DNA of 57,414 nt, filler included, from Stramenopiles sp. TOSAG23-3 (taxonomy: Eukaryota), in assembly GCA_900128585.1 (NCBI GenBank). It is 6 parts of 6 records of this genome, joined end to end, with 100 filler letters (N's around TTAATTAATTAA, not from the genome) between each part and the next. Parts side by side here need not be neighbours in the genome. Positions count along the whole stretch, not along the records: positions 17,219 to 34,328 come from LT642462.1; 5 more parts are not named here. One strand, given 5' to 3'. The notes under the pieces were generated by a model, which searched no databases, was not told the DNA's origin, and saw nothing but the letters and a program-made list of their open reading frames with translations. Positions 21,536-32,216 of this stretch are shown here, in pieces. A program made the translations under genes and the position numbers. Position 1 is the first letter of the stretch; each line of letters starts with the position of its first letter.

Positions 21536-24500
21536 ATGAGTCAAATAGTCCCAGTCGTCAATAAAGGCAGGGGGGGTAATCACGGCGTGGAGTCAGTTGG
21601 GGGTAAGGGAAAAGCGAAGTTGACAAAGTACATTCAGTCTCCATCAAAAAAATCAAACCAGGAAGAACATCCCGAAACTTCGGACGATGCGCTGTCTGAC
21701 TACTCGTTTGATTCCCAAGGCTCTTTGGCCATGGAATTGCTTGAACTGAACGATGACGATCCCGAGGAAGAACCAGAGCCGCCGCCAGAGCTGACCGAGC
21801 TGGAGAAGATAGTTGGGTTTGAGGATTCGTCGCGGGGAGACCTTATTTTTGATGGAACTTTCTATGGCCCAAACCAAATGGACGATCCATATTTCGACCA
21901 CGAAGAAATAGAGCTACTTGGAAACGATTTGGTAGAGATTGATTTGCCAAGTGAGCCAAAAGTATCCCAGCTTGTAAGTGAAATTTATACACATTCGCGG
22001 CAAGGGCATGAAGATATAGCACTAGCTAAAGTTAAACAAGAAAAGGAGTTGTTAAGATTGCGCGCGAGAAAGTATGAAGTTTACGGGTGGTTTTCATACA
22101 ATGCTGGGTGGGGAGTTGTGCAAGTGGTGGCAATCGCTTTTTTTTTGCCTATGCTCCTCAGGACTCTAGCGGTCCAATACGCGTGTCCGTACGTAGGGCT
22201 CCCGGCAGCAGGGACAATAATTCGTTGTCCATACTACAAAATGCCAAGTAATTATACCGGAGGGAGATATCCTACGTTTACCCAGTTGCAGCGTAGTGTG
22301 CCGGGCGATGCGTACGAAAAACTCAGGGGATTTTTGTTGTACGATCTAGATGTGTTTTACACGTCGAGGGGCCTTAACGTAACTTCGTTTTCTGGCCCGG
22401 CGGGATCTGTGTATACCGTATCGAATTTTTCAACGCTCCCTACATTCGTCTTGACGCAGCAGTATCGTCGGTTGAAATGGTTAGAATACGGAAACGTAGA
22501 ACGGGGCAACACTACTGCCAATAATTTGACTAATTCTACATGGACAACGCAGCAATGTATCATCGAGAGAAAAGTTATTTTGGGGGGCGAAGTGGAGAGC
22601 CTTTTCAATGCGACAAATGAGACAGTTACCTTCAAAAATGCAACAAATTCAAGCGTAGTGTGTTTACAACAGAATGGCAGTTTTGAGGGAAATGTCTCGA
22701 ATAGCTCAAATAGTTCGAATATTTCTACACTTTGTCGCACTGCTACGGAAGAAATTCATATATGCACATCATGCATCAAACCAAAAATAATTTGGGAAAA
22801 CATCCTATGGACAGAAGATTTTATCAATTTTTCATCGCCGATGGAATATGCCGAATACCCAACAAATGTATCAGTGTATGATTCCGTGGGGGGGCTCGTG
22901 GAAAGAATGCCGACGTACACCAACCTGCAAAACCGTAGTTATAGAGGGGGGATTGAACTTGTAGATGGCTACGAATATGTAGAAGCAGATGGGCACTTGA
23001 ATACCAGTACAACGTGCATGCTGACGTTCAATGACTGGGGTGCGCTGAGGGATGAGCATGAAATTGTGTACTTGCCCTCAATGCAGTGGATTCATAACCC
23101 AAGACTTAATTATTCGTGCGAACCAACAGCAAAAAAAGGAAACGCATCCTATGCTTTGACAGTGCCGATGAATACTACCATGAATTCAACTGTGTATGAC
23201 ATAGATAAACACTCACAAATGGAAATCGAGTTCATGGTTTACAACAACTCTCATCCTTGTGATAATGAGTTCGAATGCACACCTAGCGCAATATGGGGGC
23301 TGTCCAACGCGACAAACCGGAGCGACGCGTCACCGCTGGAGGCTTGGAGTCTTAACGTGTCCTACCCCTACGCCTTAAATTTAACAGATGTGACGGTGGA
23401 GTTCTTGGTTAATTCTTCAAATAAGCATCTGATAAGAAACGAGAACGTGAATGTAAGGCAAGAAGAATTCGGTATGTTTTACCTCACAGTGAAACCAGAG
23501 AAGTGGCGATTTGGATCGTCCACCATCACTGTTGAAATAAAAGGGGCCGAGCCGTTCAACTGCAGCAATTTAAACAGTACAAACAGTAGCTTATGCAATA
23601 CCACAGGCTTTCACCAAAATAAAACGAGCGCCTCGACGTTGTCCAATACTCTGGAAAGCGAAAGAAATGGATCATCCCTGAGGAACCTGACTTTCAATTT
23701 AACTCACTTTCGTTTAGAAACTGCGGGGCTCCGGTTTTCATTTACCGTTAGGGTCAATGAAACCGTGTGTGGACATTTCGTAGATTTTTGGGTGTGGAGA
23801 ATTCGGGCGGTTGACTATCCTCAACACGTGTTTTTCGTGTCGTTTCTGGCCCAATTGGTGGTTGGGCTTCTTTTTGGTGCCGCTGGGGATTACTGCTGTT
23901 TGCGAAGGCTGGGGTTATTTGCGTTTTCAGGTTTTGGTTCGTTTTGTTTGCTGACGTTTTACTTTTGGACACGCCCGCAAGACTACTTGTATGCTGGAAT
24001 TGCCACCGTGGTCTTGGTGGCCAGTTTTGGCACTGCTGCAGTGTATCACAACGCGTACTTAACCCGGCTTGTTCAAGCCGACCTTCCGCTGAACAAACTG
24101 CTCGAAACGATGAACTATTTAAGCGACTTGATCCCATTCAACCAGCAGTATGATGAAATGGTCGATCGGGTGTCGAGTCAGGCGTTTAGGTTAGTGTACG
24201 GATTTGGGGCTTTCGGGCTTTTCGCCTCTTACATGTACATCGCGTGGTCGCAATACGTGTCTGGGGTATGGGACATGTCCATCTCCTTATTTGATTTTCT
24301 CCTAAACCGGTTGAAGTACACCCAGCTATGCTTAGTCGAACCATCAGTAAATGACATGTCAATGATACTTGCGTTCTGTGGGTGCTGGATGGGATTTTTT
24401 GTGCTTGTGAACTCGTCGCTCTCGTGGACCCGGTGGGGAGTGCGCTGTAATAAGATGCCAATATGGGCAAACATTTTGCCTCCAGTTTCATGGATGGCCT

Positions 24501-25798
24501 TCTCCATCTTCAAGCAGGGACAAATGTACTACCGTGAAGACGAATGGAAACTTTTGAAACAGTCCTGGAAAGTGTTGTTGTTGATCTTCATGGCATTTTT
24601 TTGCACAAATGCATTAACATTTACAACCACTGTCCTCGTAAATTCCGAGTTTCATGTAAACGATCAGTTGCCGGAGGATAGCGTTCTGAAGATATCGCAC
24701 TTTTTTCGCATGATTTTGTTGACCTGGGTGCTCACGATTTCTTCTTGGTTGGGCCTGCGGTGCTTCAAAAAGCTCCAGGTAACATTTGAAATGCTTCATA
24801 TCGATGCATTCATGTTTGCAACGGCGCTCTTCCAGTTCTTCATGCTGTACGCCTTGTTTGCTAATTTTGCAGAGCTACCATTTGGTTTAAAATTCGTGGA
24901 AGAGGCATATGCTTTGACGTTCTTTCACGGCCTTTGGAACGGTCCGTTGTATGCATATGGGCGTAGTGCCTTTATGAAAGTCGTTCCTGCTGGGTTTGAC
25001 GCCCAGTTTTTTACATTGTACCAAAGTGCAACTGGTGTAAATGGCAACAGCTGGTTGGGTGCGAAGATGGTAGATAATGAATTCCAAGCCACAGGCACCG
25101 TTCGTCTCATGTATTTGTTTTTGTTCTTGTTCGTGATGTGCATTAATTGCACCTTCTGCTGTGCGTGCCTCAGCGTGGAGCACGGGAAACGAGCGGCTCG
25201 AGCACTAACCCGTGTGGTGAGGCAAAGAAAATTCGCTAAATCATGGAAACACTTGCGCCAACAGGTTAAGAATCGGCATGAAAATGCTGCAGTGTCTGTC
25301 TGGCAGCTGCCAGACTTGATTCACTGTATGCACCGCCAGGTAAATTTTGTCGATGCAATTGATAAGTTTGCCTTGCTCCATCCAAAATGCTCTCGTCGCA
25401 ACGTTGTCAAGAAAGCAAAGAAAATATGTAGACGAGAGATTCAAGACCCGACCCCGTTTTTCATGTTTCAAAAAAATAAACGTCCCCGTGTTGAACCAAA
25501 GTTCCCCTTTATGTCCCATATTGAAATCAACCAAAAGCTATATAAAATGTGGGAAAAGACGGATGAAGAGGAAAGGGCAGTGTTTGCGCAGAAAGCCGAG
25601 GCCGAAGCTGGAAACGATCGACTTCGATACTATGTAAAGCGAAAAGTTTTGTGGCAAGCGCGGTACTCCTTTGAGCTAAAGAAGCTGCCCGAATTCGCCC
25701 CTCATGCGATCCAAATCCAACGCATTGCCCGTGGCTTTTTGTGTCGCAAAAATGTTAAACCAATCCCATCGGTTGCATTAGAAATAGTCAGCGCGTAA
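21536..25798 (+). CDS. Atg22/UMF1-like MFS transporter with a large glycosylated luminal insert and C-terminal winged-helix/HMG-box/IQ tail (~1420 aa)
   Basis: Atg22-like segments EVYGWFSY...FFLPMLLRTLA, VSFLAQ..FGAAGDY..LRR, YHNAYL, YGRSAFMKVVPAGFDAQFFTLY. HMG-like PTPFFMFQKNKRPRV...INQKLYKMWEKTDEEERAVFAQKA. IQ motif AIQIQRIARGFLCRK. Single uninterrupted ORF. Confidence 0.85.
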   Translation: MSQIVPVVNKGRGGNHGVESVGGKGKAKLTKYIQSPSKKSNQEEHPETSDDALSDYSFDSQGSLAMELLELNDDDPEEEPEPPPELTELEKIVGFEDSSRGDLIFDGTFYGPNQMDDPYFDHEEIELLGNDLVEIDLPSEPKVSQLVSEIYTHSRQGHEDIALAKVKQEKELLRLRARKYEVYGWFSYNAGWGVVQVVAIAFFLPMLLRTLAVQYACPYVGLPAAGTIIRCPYYKMPSNYTGGRYPTFTQLQRSVPGDAYEKLRGFLLYDLDVFYTSRGLNVTSFSGPAGSVYTVSNFSTLPTFVLTQQYRRLKWLEYGNVERGNTTANNLTNSTWTTQQCIIERKVILGGEVESLFNATNETVTFKNATNSSVVCLQQNGSFEGNVSNSSNSSNISTLCRTATEEIHICTSCIKPKIIWENILWTEDFINFSSPMEYAEYPTNVSVYDSVGGLVERMPTYTNLQNRSYRGGIELVDGYEYVEADGHLNTSTTCMLTFNDWGALRDEHEIVYLPSMQWIHNPRLNYSCEPTAKKGNASYALTVPMNTTMNSTVYDIDKHSQMEIEFMVYNNSHPCDNEFECTPSAIWGLSNATNRSDASPLEAWSLNVSYPYALNLTDVTVEFLVNSSNKHLIRNENVNVRQEEFGMFYLTVKPEKWRFGSSTITVEIKGAEPFNCSNLNSTNSSLCNTTGFHQNKTSASTLSNTLESERNGSSLRNLTFNLTHFRLETAGLRFSFTVRVNETVCGHFVDFWVWRIRAVDYPQHVFFVSFLAQLVVGLLFGAAGDYCCLRRLGLFAFSGFGSFCLLTFYFWTRPQDYLYAGIATVVLVASFGTAAVYHNAYLTRLVQADLPLNKLLETMNYLSDLIPFNQQYDEMVDRVSSQAFRLVYGFGAFGLFASYMYIAWSQYVSGVWDMSISLFDFLLNRLKYTQLCLVEPSVNDMSMILAFCGCWMGFFVLVNSSLSWTRWGVRCNKMPIWANILPPVSWMAFSIFKQGQMYYREDEWKLLKQSWKVLLLIFMAFFCTNALTFTTTVLVNSEFHVNDQLPEDSVLKISHFFRMILLTWVLTISSWLGLRCFKKLQVTFEMLHIDAFMFATALFQFFMLYALFANFAELPFGLKFVEEAYALTFFHGLWNGPLYAYGRSAFMKVVPAGFDAQFFTLYQSATGVNGNSWLGAKMVDNEFQATGTVRLMYLFLFLFVMCINCTFCCACLSVEHGKRAARALTRVVRQRKFAKSWKHLRQQVKNRHENAAVSVWQLPDLIHCMHRQVNFVDAIDKFALLHPKCSRRNVVKKAKKICRREIQDPTPFFMFQKNKRPRVEPKFPFMSHIEINQKLYKMWEKTDEEERAVFAQKAEAEAGNDRLRYYVKRKVLWQARYSFELKKLPEFAPHAIQIQRIARGFLCRKNVKPIPSVALEIVSA

Positions 25799-26517
25799 AT
25801 ATTATTGCTAAAATAGTACTTAAAACAAGAAAATTGGCTTATATGTACTCGCATGTAGATCCTGCTGTTCGGCGCATCCATTCCTGAAATTAATGGAGTG
25901 GTGCCTAAGAGCTAAGAAAAGGTTTCTTCTTTCTCTTTTGTTTATTAGTTTTTAAAACCAAAAATAGTTTTGTGTCTTCTACTTCGTTTGTTATCTATAG
26001 CTCTAAATATTTTTAATATTATTGGTATTATATGTTCTCTGGGTTCATAATATTATTATATTATTATTACACCTCATCTCATCACACTTCTTGGTAATAT
26101 TATATACTTATCACAGCAGCAGGAGAGGAGGACTGATTATTTGATGATGATGATTCTTTTTTTATTTTGTTTTGTGTTATTATTATTGGTCACCACACCA
26201 CACAACAACAACCAACAACAACTTTTTGAATCAATTCTTGTGATTATTATTATTAGAAAATATATAGTTTACGTAAATTAACTAAACAACGGACGACGGG
26301 TTCAAATGATGAATGGAGGATTACGATGAGGTATAACTAGAGATGGAGATTCAGAATGGCATTCTAGATTATTTTGAGCGAAGTATTGAAGTAGTAATAT
26401 AATCGAACACCACAAGTTCAGCACACTCACTGTGTAAAGACAGTTGGCGCACGCAGGCAGAGAGTTTTTGTCGATTTCACCAACCTTGGCAGCAGCAGCA
26501 AACCCACCCAACCAATA

Positions 26518-27195
26518 ATGAAGGCGTTTTTTGGTAAAAAGAACTACAAAACTTTCAAGCCTTTAAAAAGCTCGTCTGGGAATCAGCAAAGGCTGCGCGA
26601 CTACACAGCATCCACGCTTGGTAGTGGCAATATGCGGGGTGCTGTAGTGGTGCCTGATGGCGAACATAAGTTCGAATGGATAGCAGCGAATACAATGGAC
26701 TTCTTCGACCATATCTCGTTGTGCTATGGGTTAGTTTCGGATCAGGCGTTGGAAAAATTCACAAAGCCCAGCGAGGGCTTCCCCCCTGGTTTTGAATACC
26801 GGTGGGCTGATGGGGTCAAGGTGAAAGCGCCAATTAAATGTTCCTCCCCAGAGTACGTGGACTACGTGATGACGTGGGCAAACGAAAAATTAAATAACCC
26901 GGCAATTTTTCCACTCGATGACGTGTCTGCCTACCCAAAAAAATTTGAAGACGAGGTGAAATCCATCTACAAACGCTTGTTTCGGATCTTTGCAATTATC
27001 TATGCTGTGCACAGCGATACGGTAAAACAGTTGGGCGCTGAGGCGCACTTGAACACCTGTTTTAAACATTTCATGTTTTTCATTTTGGAATTTAAACTAG
27101 TGAACGAAAACGAGATGAAACCAATAAAACTGATTTGCGAGCGTTATATTCAGCAATTCAATGAAGGAGCTGCCGGCCTCGCCAAGAAAGGGTAA
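26518..27195 (+). CDS. MOB1: MOB kinase activator (Mob1/phocein family)
   Basis: TLGSGNMRGAVVVPDGE..EWIAANTMDFF, EYRWADG, SPEYVDYVMTW, KRLFRIFA, AHLNTCFKHF. Confidence 0.95.
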   Translation: MKAFFGKKNYKTFKPLKSSSGNQQRLRDYTASTLGSGNMRGAVVVPDGEHKFEWIAANTMDFFDHISLCYGLVSDQALEKFTKPSEGFPPGFEYRWADGVKVKAPIKCSSPEYVDYVMTWANEKLNNPAIFPLDDVSAYPKKFEDEVKSIYKRLFRIFAIIYAVHSDTVKQLGAEAHLNTCFKHFMFFILEFKLVNENEMKPIKLICERYIQQFNEGAAGLAKKG

Positions 27196-27520
27196 AAACA
27201 GCTCGGGGGCATGCTAAGGAAACAGGTAAGTTCCTAATACTCATACGGATAATGTTTTATACGAAGTATAAAGTAGAGCGCATGAATGAAAATTATAAGT
27301 ATGATTTGCAAGACAGACAACGAGCACCTCGAAAACATTTACGCCGCTGCTTGGAAAAGCACATAAGGTTTGAGTTATCTATGAGTGAGGCATTGGGCGA
27401 GGAAGTGACTACGGGTCATTTGAAAGCATTGCTAATCCACCAACAGATTCGGATCATGCATGGAGTACATCTGAGAATGATAGTCAAGACTAAGTGACAA
27501 GGGTATATTATTAGAATGGT

Positions 27521-27705
27521 CAAAAGGAGCAGATTCATTTTCGCGGTACATAAGGAAGATAAATTTTAATTATATTTTATACTAAAATCACAATAGTAGA
27601 GATCATTTCGCAGTACATGAAGGAATGGAAACCTCTAATGGACAAATGGTGAGTAGATTCATTTATAAAACAAGAAAATTGGCTGTTATTTAAGTAATTA
27701 AAATT
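27521..27705. repeat. Cluster of dispersed-element copies between convergent MOB1 and kinase 3' ends
   Basis: 27521-27572 is the reverse complement of the element's right half at ~36190-36240. 27667-27705 matches the left half at ~36036-36080. Confidence 0.8.
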
Positions 27706-27931
27706 AATGTACTTCGAACGAGGCTATTTTTATTGTTCCCGTGCCGCTTCGCTTATATTGATTAAAATGCTGATGCGTGTGCCCGTAGATTCACGGAGAG
27801 GCATACCTGCCGGTCGTCCGGGTACACGCGAGGCGAGGATTCCCCCAACGCCTCTTTGCACCGAGTCGGTGGTTGTACAAGGCAGACAAGACAGACCACA
27901 CGGCGTACACATCGCGCTGCACGTAAGAATG

Positions 27932-29140
27932 CTACCACGCTTCCTGATCCAAATCAACGGATCTTACACTATATCTTTCACCATCCAAAACATTCTCCGT
28001 TTGGAAGGTAAACCCGTCAAACTTTGTGGTACCGTCTTCGGACTCTTGGGCCTCGTCGCGCAACGCGGCTTGCGCCAACAACCGCTCCCCAGCCGGGGTC
28101 GGGGTGACTGCGGCGGGGATGTTTTGGAACGACTTGTCAACATTCCCTACGTCGCTCTCTCCCCTGACACGGGGTTTGAATGGAGGCTCCATCTCTTTGG
28201 CAAGCAGTTTGTCCCAATCGATGGTTTCATAGTATGGATGGGATTTGACCTCTTCCACTCCGTTGTAGCCCAGTCGAGCCAGCGGGTCCCTATCTAACAA
28301 TTTGGATAAAAAGTCTCGCGCGGGAGGACTCACTCGCTCCGGAAACTTGAGTTCCTGGTGTAATATTTTTCTGTACATTTCCTTCCGGTTGCGGTCGTAG
28401 TAAGGGGGTAGGCCTGTGATGAATTCGTACAGCAGCGTTCCAAAACTCCACCAGTCTACCACTTTCCCGTACGTTTCCCGTTTCAGTATCTCTGGGGCGA
28501 GGTACTCGGGAGTCCCGCAGAAGGATTTGACGTTGTCATCAACGACCCCTTGCTTGGAGAGCCCAAAGTCGGTGACCTTGATGTGCCCTTCCGCATCCAA
28601 CAACAAGTTTTCAGGTTTTAAATCGCGATAGACGATGTTCAAGGAGTGGAGGTGGCCCAAGGCCATCGTGATCTCTGCCCCGTAGAACATGGCCCGTTCT
28701 GGGCTGAAGCGGCCACCCGTGGACAGGTAGTGAAACAGCTCGCCGCCGTTGAAGAAGTCAAACACCATGTAAAGCTTTTGGGTCGTTTGGAACGCGTAGC
28801 GTAGACTAACGACAAACGGGTGCTTTATGTTTTCAAGGATTCTTCGCTCGGTCATGGTGTGCTCCACCTGGTTTCTCCGCACAACGTGGTCTTTTTTCAA
28901 CACTTTCATCGCAAATATTTCGCCCGAGTCCTTTTTTCTGACCTGAATGACCTTCCCAAACGACCCCTTTCCGACGGTCGTCAAGAGCACAAAATCGTCC
29001 AAGCCGATATTTTCCGCGTCCGAAAGGCGGGCGACTTCGGACCTTCTGGGGGGGCGCTTCCCCGACCCAGGCTGGGGTGGTATTTCAGCTCCCCCTTCCC
29101 CCCCTTTCTTTGACTTTTTTCTTGAATTTTGGTTTCCCAT
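27932..29140 (-). CDS. AGC-family Ser/Thr kinase (PKB/SGK/S6K-like), N-myristoylation motif, no PH domain
   Basis: MGNQNSRKKSKK start. VGKGSFGKV, YRDLKPEN, DFG, SFCGTPEYLAPE, PPFKP, hydrophobic motif FDGFTF. Confidence 0.95.
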   Translation of the reverse strand: MGNQNSRKKSKKGGEGGAEIPPQPGSGKRPPRRSEVARLSDAENIGLDDFVLLTTVGKGSFGKVIQVRKKDSGEIFAMKVLKKDHVVRRNQVEHTMTERRILENIKHPFVVSLRYAFQTTQKLYMVFDFFNGGELFHYLSTGGRFSPERAMFYGAEITMALGHLHSLNIVYRDLKPENLLLDAEGHIKVTDFGLSKQGVVDDNVKSFCGTPEYLAPEILKRETYGKVVDWWSFGTLLYEFITGLPPYYDRNRKEMYRKILHQELKFPERVSPPARDFLSKLLDRDPLARLGYNGVEEVKSHPYYETIDWDKLLAKEMEPPFKPRVRGESDVGNVDKSFQNIPAAVTPTPAGERLLAQAALRDEAQESEDGTTKFDGFTFQTENVLDGERYSVRSVDLDQEAW

Positions 29141-29529
29141 CGTCAGGTTGTTTGCTCTACGTAGGTGTACTTCCACCCCAGTTATTAGTATGTGTATGGT
29201 GTTTCGTCTTGCGCACCACAGTTCAGTCCGCCAGAGCCCTTTTCCTCCTTCGTTCACTACTCGCGTGCTATTTGTTTGTTCCGTGCGTATGTATGTATGT
29301 ATGTATATAAAAACAAACACACCAGTTGAGAAATGCTGTTTCTCTCTCCTTCTAAAACCCAACTATTCCCTCTCATACATGTTGGCTTCTTTCTCTTATA
29401 CTTTCTTTCTTCTTCAACACAAAAAAAACGACGACTACATACATATAGTTATTATTAATAAAATAATATAATAATAATTGACTCTTCTATATAATAATAC
29501 CCTCCTCTTCGTATCATACATAATAATAT

Positions 29530-30400
29530 TAATAAATAATAAATAATAAAGAAGAAGAGAAGAAGAAGAAGAAAGAAAGAAAGAAAGAAAGAAAAAGAAG
29601 AAAAGGATGGAAGAAAGAAAGAAGATGGAAGAGAGAGAGGAGGACTATTAAATTGGCAACTATATCACAAGAAGACTGACTACTAAAATACCATAGTTGT
29701 ATATAATGTAATTAGCTGCTTGCTGTATTAATATAGGAAGGAATAAAAGGAAGAACTTTAAAATTTCAACTCCTCTCTTTAGCGCTTCGTTTCTTTCTTC
29801 TATCCTCGTGGATAGTCATCTCAGTCTTAGAATAGAAGACTACAGGAGGTTATTTTTTAGTTTAGTTTAAATGATAGTTACAATTTAAACTGTAGCTATT
29901 CTATGTATTTATAATATATATTTATACATCTAATAGTATATAGGGAGGGAGGACTCATCGAAGAAAAACAAAGCAGCAAGAAGAGCATAGCATTGCACAG
30001 CGCAGGGCATAGATAAGATAGAATAGAACAAAATGAAGTATAATACAGTGTAAGATAATCGTCTATTTTTATTATATTTCATCGAGTGGAGTCGTAGTCA
30101 TAATGAGTCCTTTACTTTTTACTTTATATTCAGTATAGGCTAGGCTATTCATATTCAGTCCTTCCCTTCCTTCCTTCCTTCACTTACTTCAGTTCAGTCC
30201 TTCCTTGACTTGAGATGAGTCCTTCCTTCCCTTCCTTCCCTTCCTTCCCTTCCTTCCTTCTCTTCCTTCCTTCTTGAGATGAATGAGTCTTGATTGAGTT
30301 GAGTATTATATGATAATAAAATAAGCAGAAGAACAACAAAAGAAAGAAAGAGTCGAAAGAAAGAAAAGAAAGAAAAGAAAGAAAGAAAAGCATTTGATTG
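29530..30400. repeat. Low-complexity intergenic tract with (GAA)n, (GAAA)n and (CTTC)n runs
   Basis: Purine/pyrimidine microsatellite runs read directly. Confidence 0.8.
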
Positions 30401-31003
30401 CAAAAAGAAGCAAAGCTATAAAATAAATTATTTAAATAGGAATAAATAGCTATTATTATATACATAAATTATATTTACACACAATCATTTTAAACCTATT
30501 TATAATATAGTAATAGGATAGGATATATAATCTATAAAATAAGAGTCACGTATACTACTAACTATACTAACTACGGTTTTTTAATCGAAAGAAAAAAGAA
30601 AGACTCATAATAAGATCATGACTATATATATAGTATCTTTTTTTTTCTTCTTCTTCTTTCTTGTCTCTGGTTGTGGTGATGGTGTGTGGTATTAATAATA
30701 ATATTATTTTTATATTTAAATAGTCGTTCTTCTTCTTCTTCTTAATTGTATATTTATTATAGAAGAAGAAGAAAAGAAGAAAAAAAGGAAGGACGGAAGG
30801 AAGGAGGATTATTATTATATATATAGAGTCAAATGAATATAGTTTATGTATTATTTTAAGAAGGATAAGTAAAACAAACGTGTAATCTCTTCTTCCTTTT
30901 CGTTCTCTTTATCTCTCTTTCTACCAACACGTATCTATCAAATTGTTTTTTTCTTTTCAATATACATACATACATACATATACACTACGACCCCGACGAC
31001 AAC

Positions 31004-31933
31004 ATGTTCTCTCGTGCGTTTCTCAGAGGTGCCAAGACTATGGCTAGGCGTGCTCCTGCCAACGTGGCCGTGCAATCCCGTGCGCGGGCTTTCGGGGGTA
31101 GTAGTGCCGGGGGATTCAAAAGTCGTTTCTCGCAGAACATGAAGCGAAACCTGTCGACAATGGGGGTATTCACGGCCGCCGTTGCGGGGACGTCAATGTC
31201 CGCCTACGCGTATGCCGAGGAGAGCTACCTGGACAGGCTCACCAGCCGTTTGGAACAGCTCGAACAGATGCTCGGAAAGTCCGGTTTCCCAAACACCACA
31301 GTCATTGATAGCCGCGCCCTTACCGGCCTGCTGACTGTTATTCGCGACAAGCGCGCATCCAACCCGGTCTTTGTGGCGTACGCCGACCGAGCGTGCAACA
31401 TTTTGGCCGAGGAGGCCCTTGCGCGATTGAACGACGTGCGGCCAGCCGTGGTCGAGACGCCCTGTGGACGCGCCACCGGTTTGACCACCACCAGGTACGA
31501 CAAATTGTGCGTCGTGTCAGTCGTCAGAAGCGGGGACATTCTTACCGAGGCCGTTCGACGAACGGCAAACGGCTGCGCAACGGGGAAAATATTGGTACAG
31601 CGCGACGAGTCCGACAAAGACAAACGACCGGTTTTCTTTTACTCGAAATTGCCAAAGGATGTTGCGAAGAGGCAGGTCCTCCTGTGCGACCCCATGCTTG
31701 CCACAGGAGGCAGCGCCCGTATGTGCATTCAAAAAATTATTGATGCAGGGGTACCGCAAGAGAACATCACGTTTCTGACTGTCGTGTCGTGCCCAACGGG
31801 CATCTTGAACGTCGTCAAAGCATTCCCAAAAGTAAAAATCATCACGGGCGCCATTGACAAGGAACTGAACAGCAAGAAGTTCATCGTGCCAGGCCTGGGA
31901 GATTTTGGAGACAGATACTTCAACACGGAGTAG
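31004..31933 (+). CDS. UPRT: Uracil phosphoribosyltransferase with long organellar-type N-terminal extension
   Basis: LTVIRDK, FVAYADR, VSVVRSG, GKILVQRDE, PRPP-binding LLCDPMLATGGS, IVPGLGDFGDRYF. Confidence 0.95.
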   Translation: MFSRAFLRGAKTMARRAPANVAVQSRARAFGGSSAGGFKSRFSQNMKRNLSTMGVFTAAVAGTSMSAYAYAEESYLDRLTSRLEQLEQMLGKSGFPNTTVIDSRALTGLLTVIRDKRASNPVFVAYADRACNILAEEALARLNDVRPAVVETPCGRATGLTTTRYDKLCVVSVVRSGDILTEAVRRTANGCATGKILVQRDESDKDKRPVFFYSKLPKDVAKRQVLLCDPMLATGGSARMCIQKIIDAGVPQENITFLTVVSCPTGILNVVKAFPKVKIITGAIDKELNSKKFIVPGLGDFGDRYFNTE

Positions 31934-32216
31934 AGGGGAAGGAAGGACAGGAAGGAGGAGGCGATTGAATTAATTAAAATTGTTGTGCAGGGCAGGGCGG
32001 GCGACATTGGTGACATTGGTGATGTGCAGTAGTTGCCATGCTCCATTTGTATCGATGGACTTTTAAAGGAAATAGTAATATATTCGTGACCGTACATGTA
32101 AAACATACGGGTGTATTAGGTATGTTTTTTAAAATTATAATTCTCTTAAAAATTACTTTGTAAAATTATTCGTAGTAAGCAGTGTGGTGGTAGCGTGCCA
32201 TGCCCGACAGGAACAT

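Noticed and set aside
27252-27497. 81-aa ORF downstream of MOB1
   Set aside because: No motif support; it lies in the probable 3' UTR next to repeat copies.
26518-29140. MOB1 next to an AGC kinase as a MOB-NDR/LATS functional pair
   Set aside because: The kinase lacks the NDR N-terminal MOB-binding region and the activation-loop insert and looks PKB/SGK-like. The adjacency is probably coincidental.
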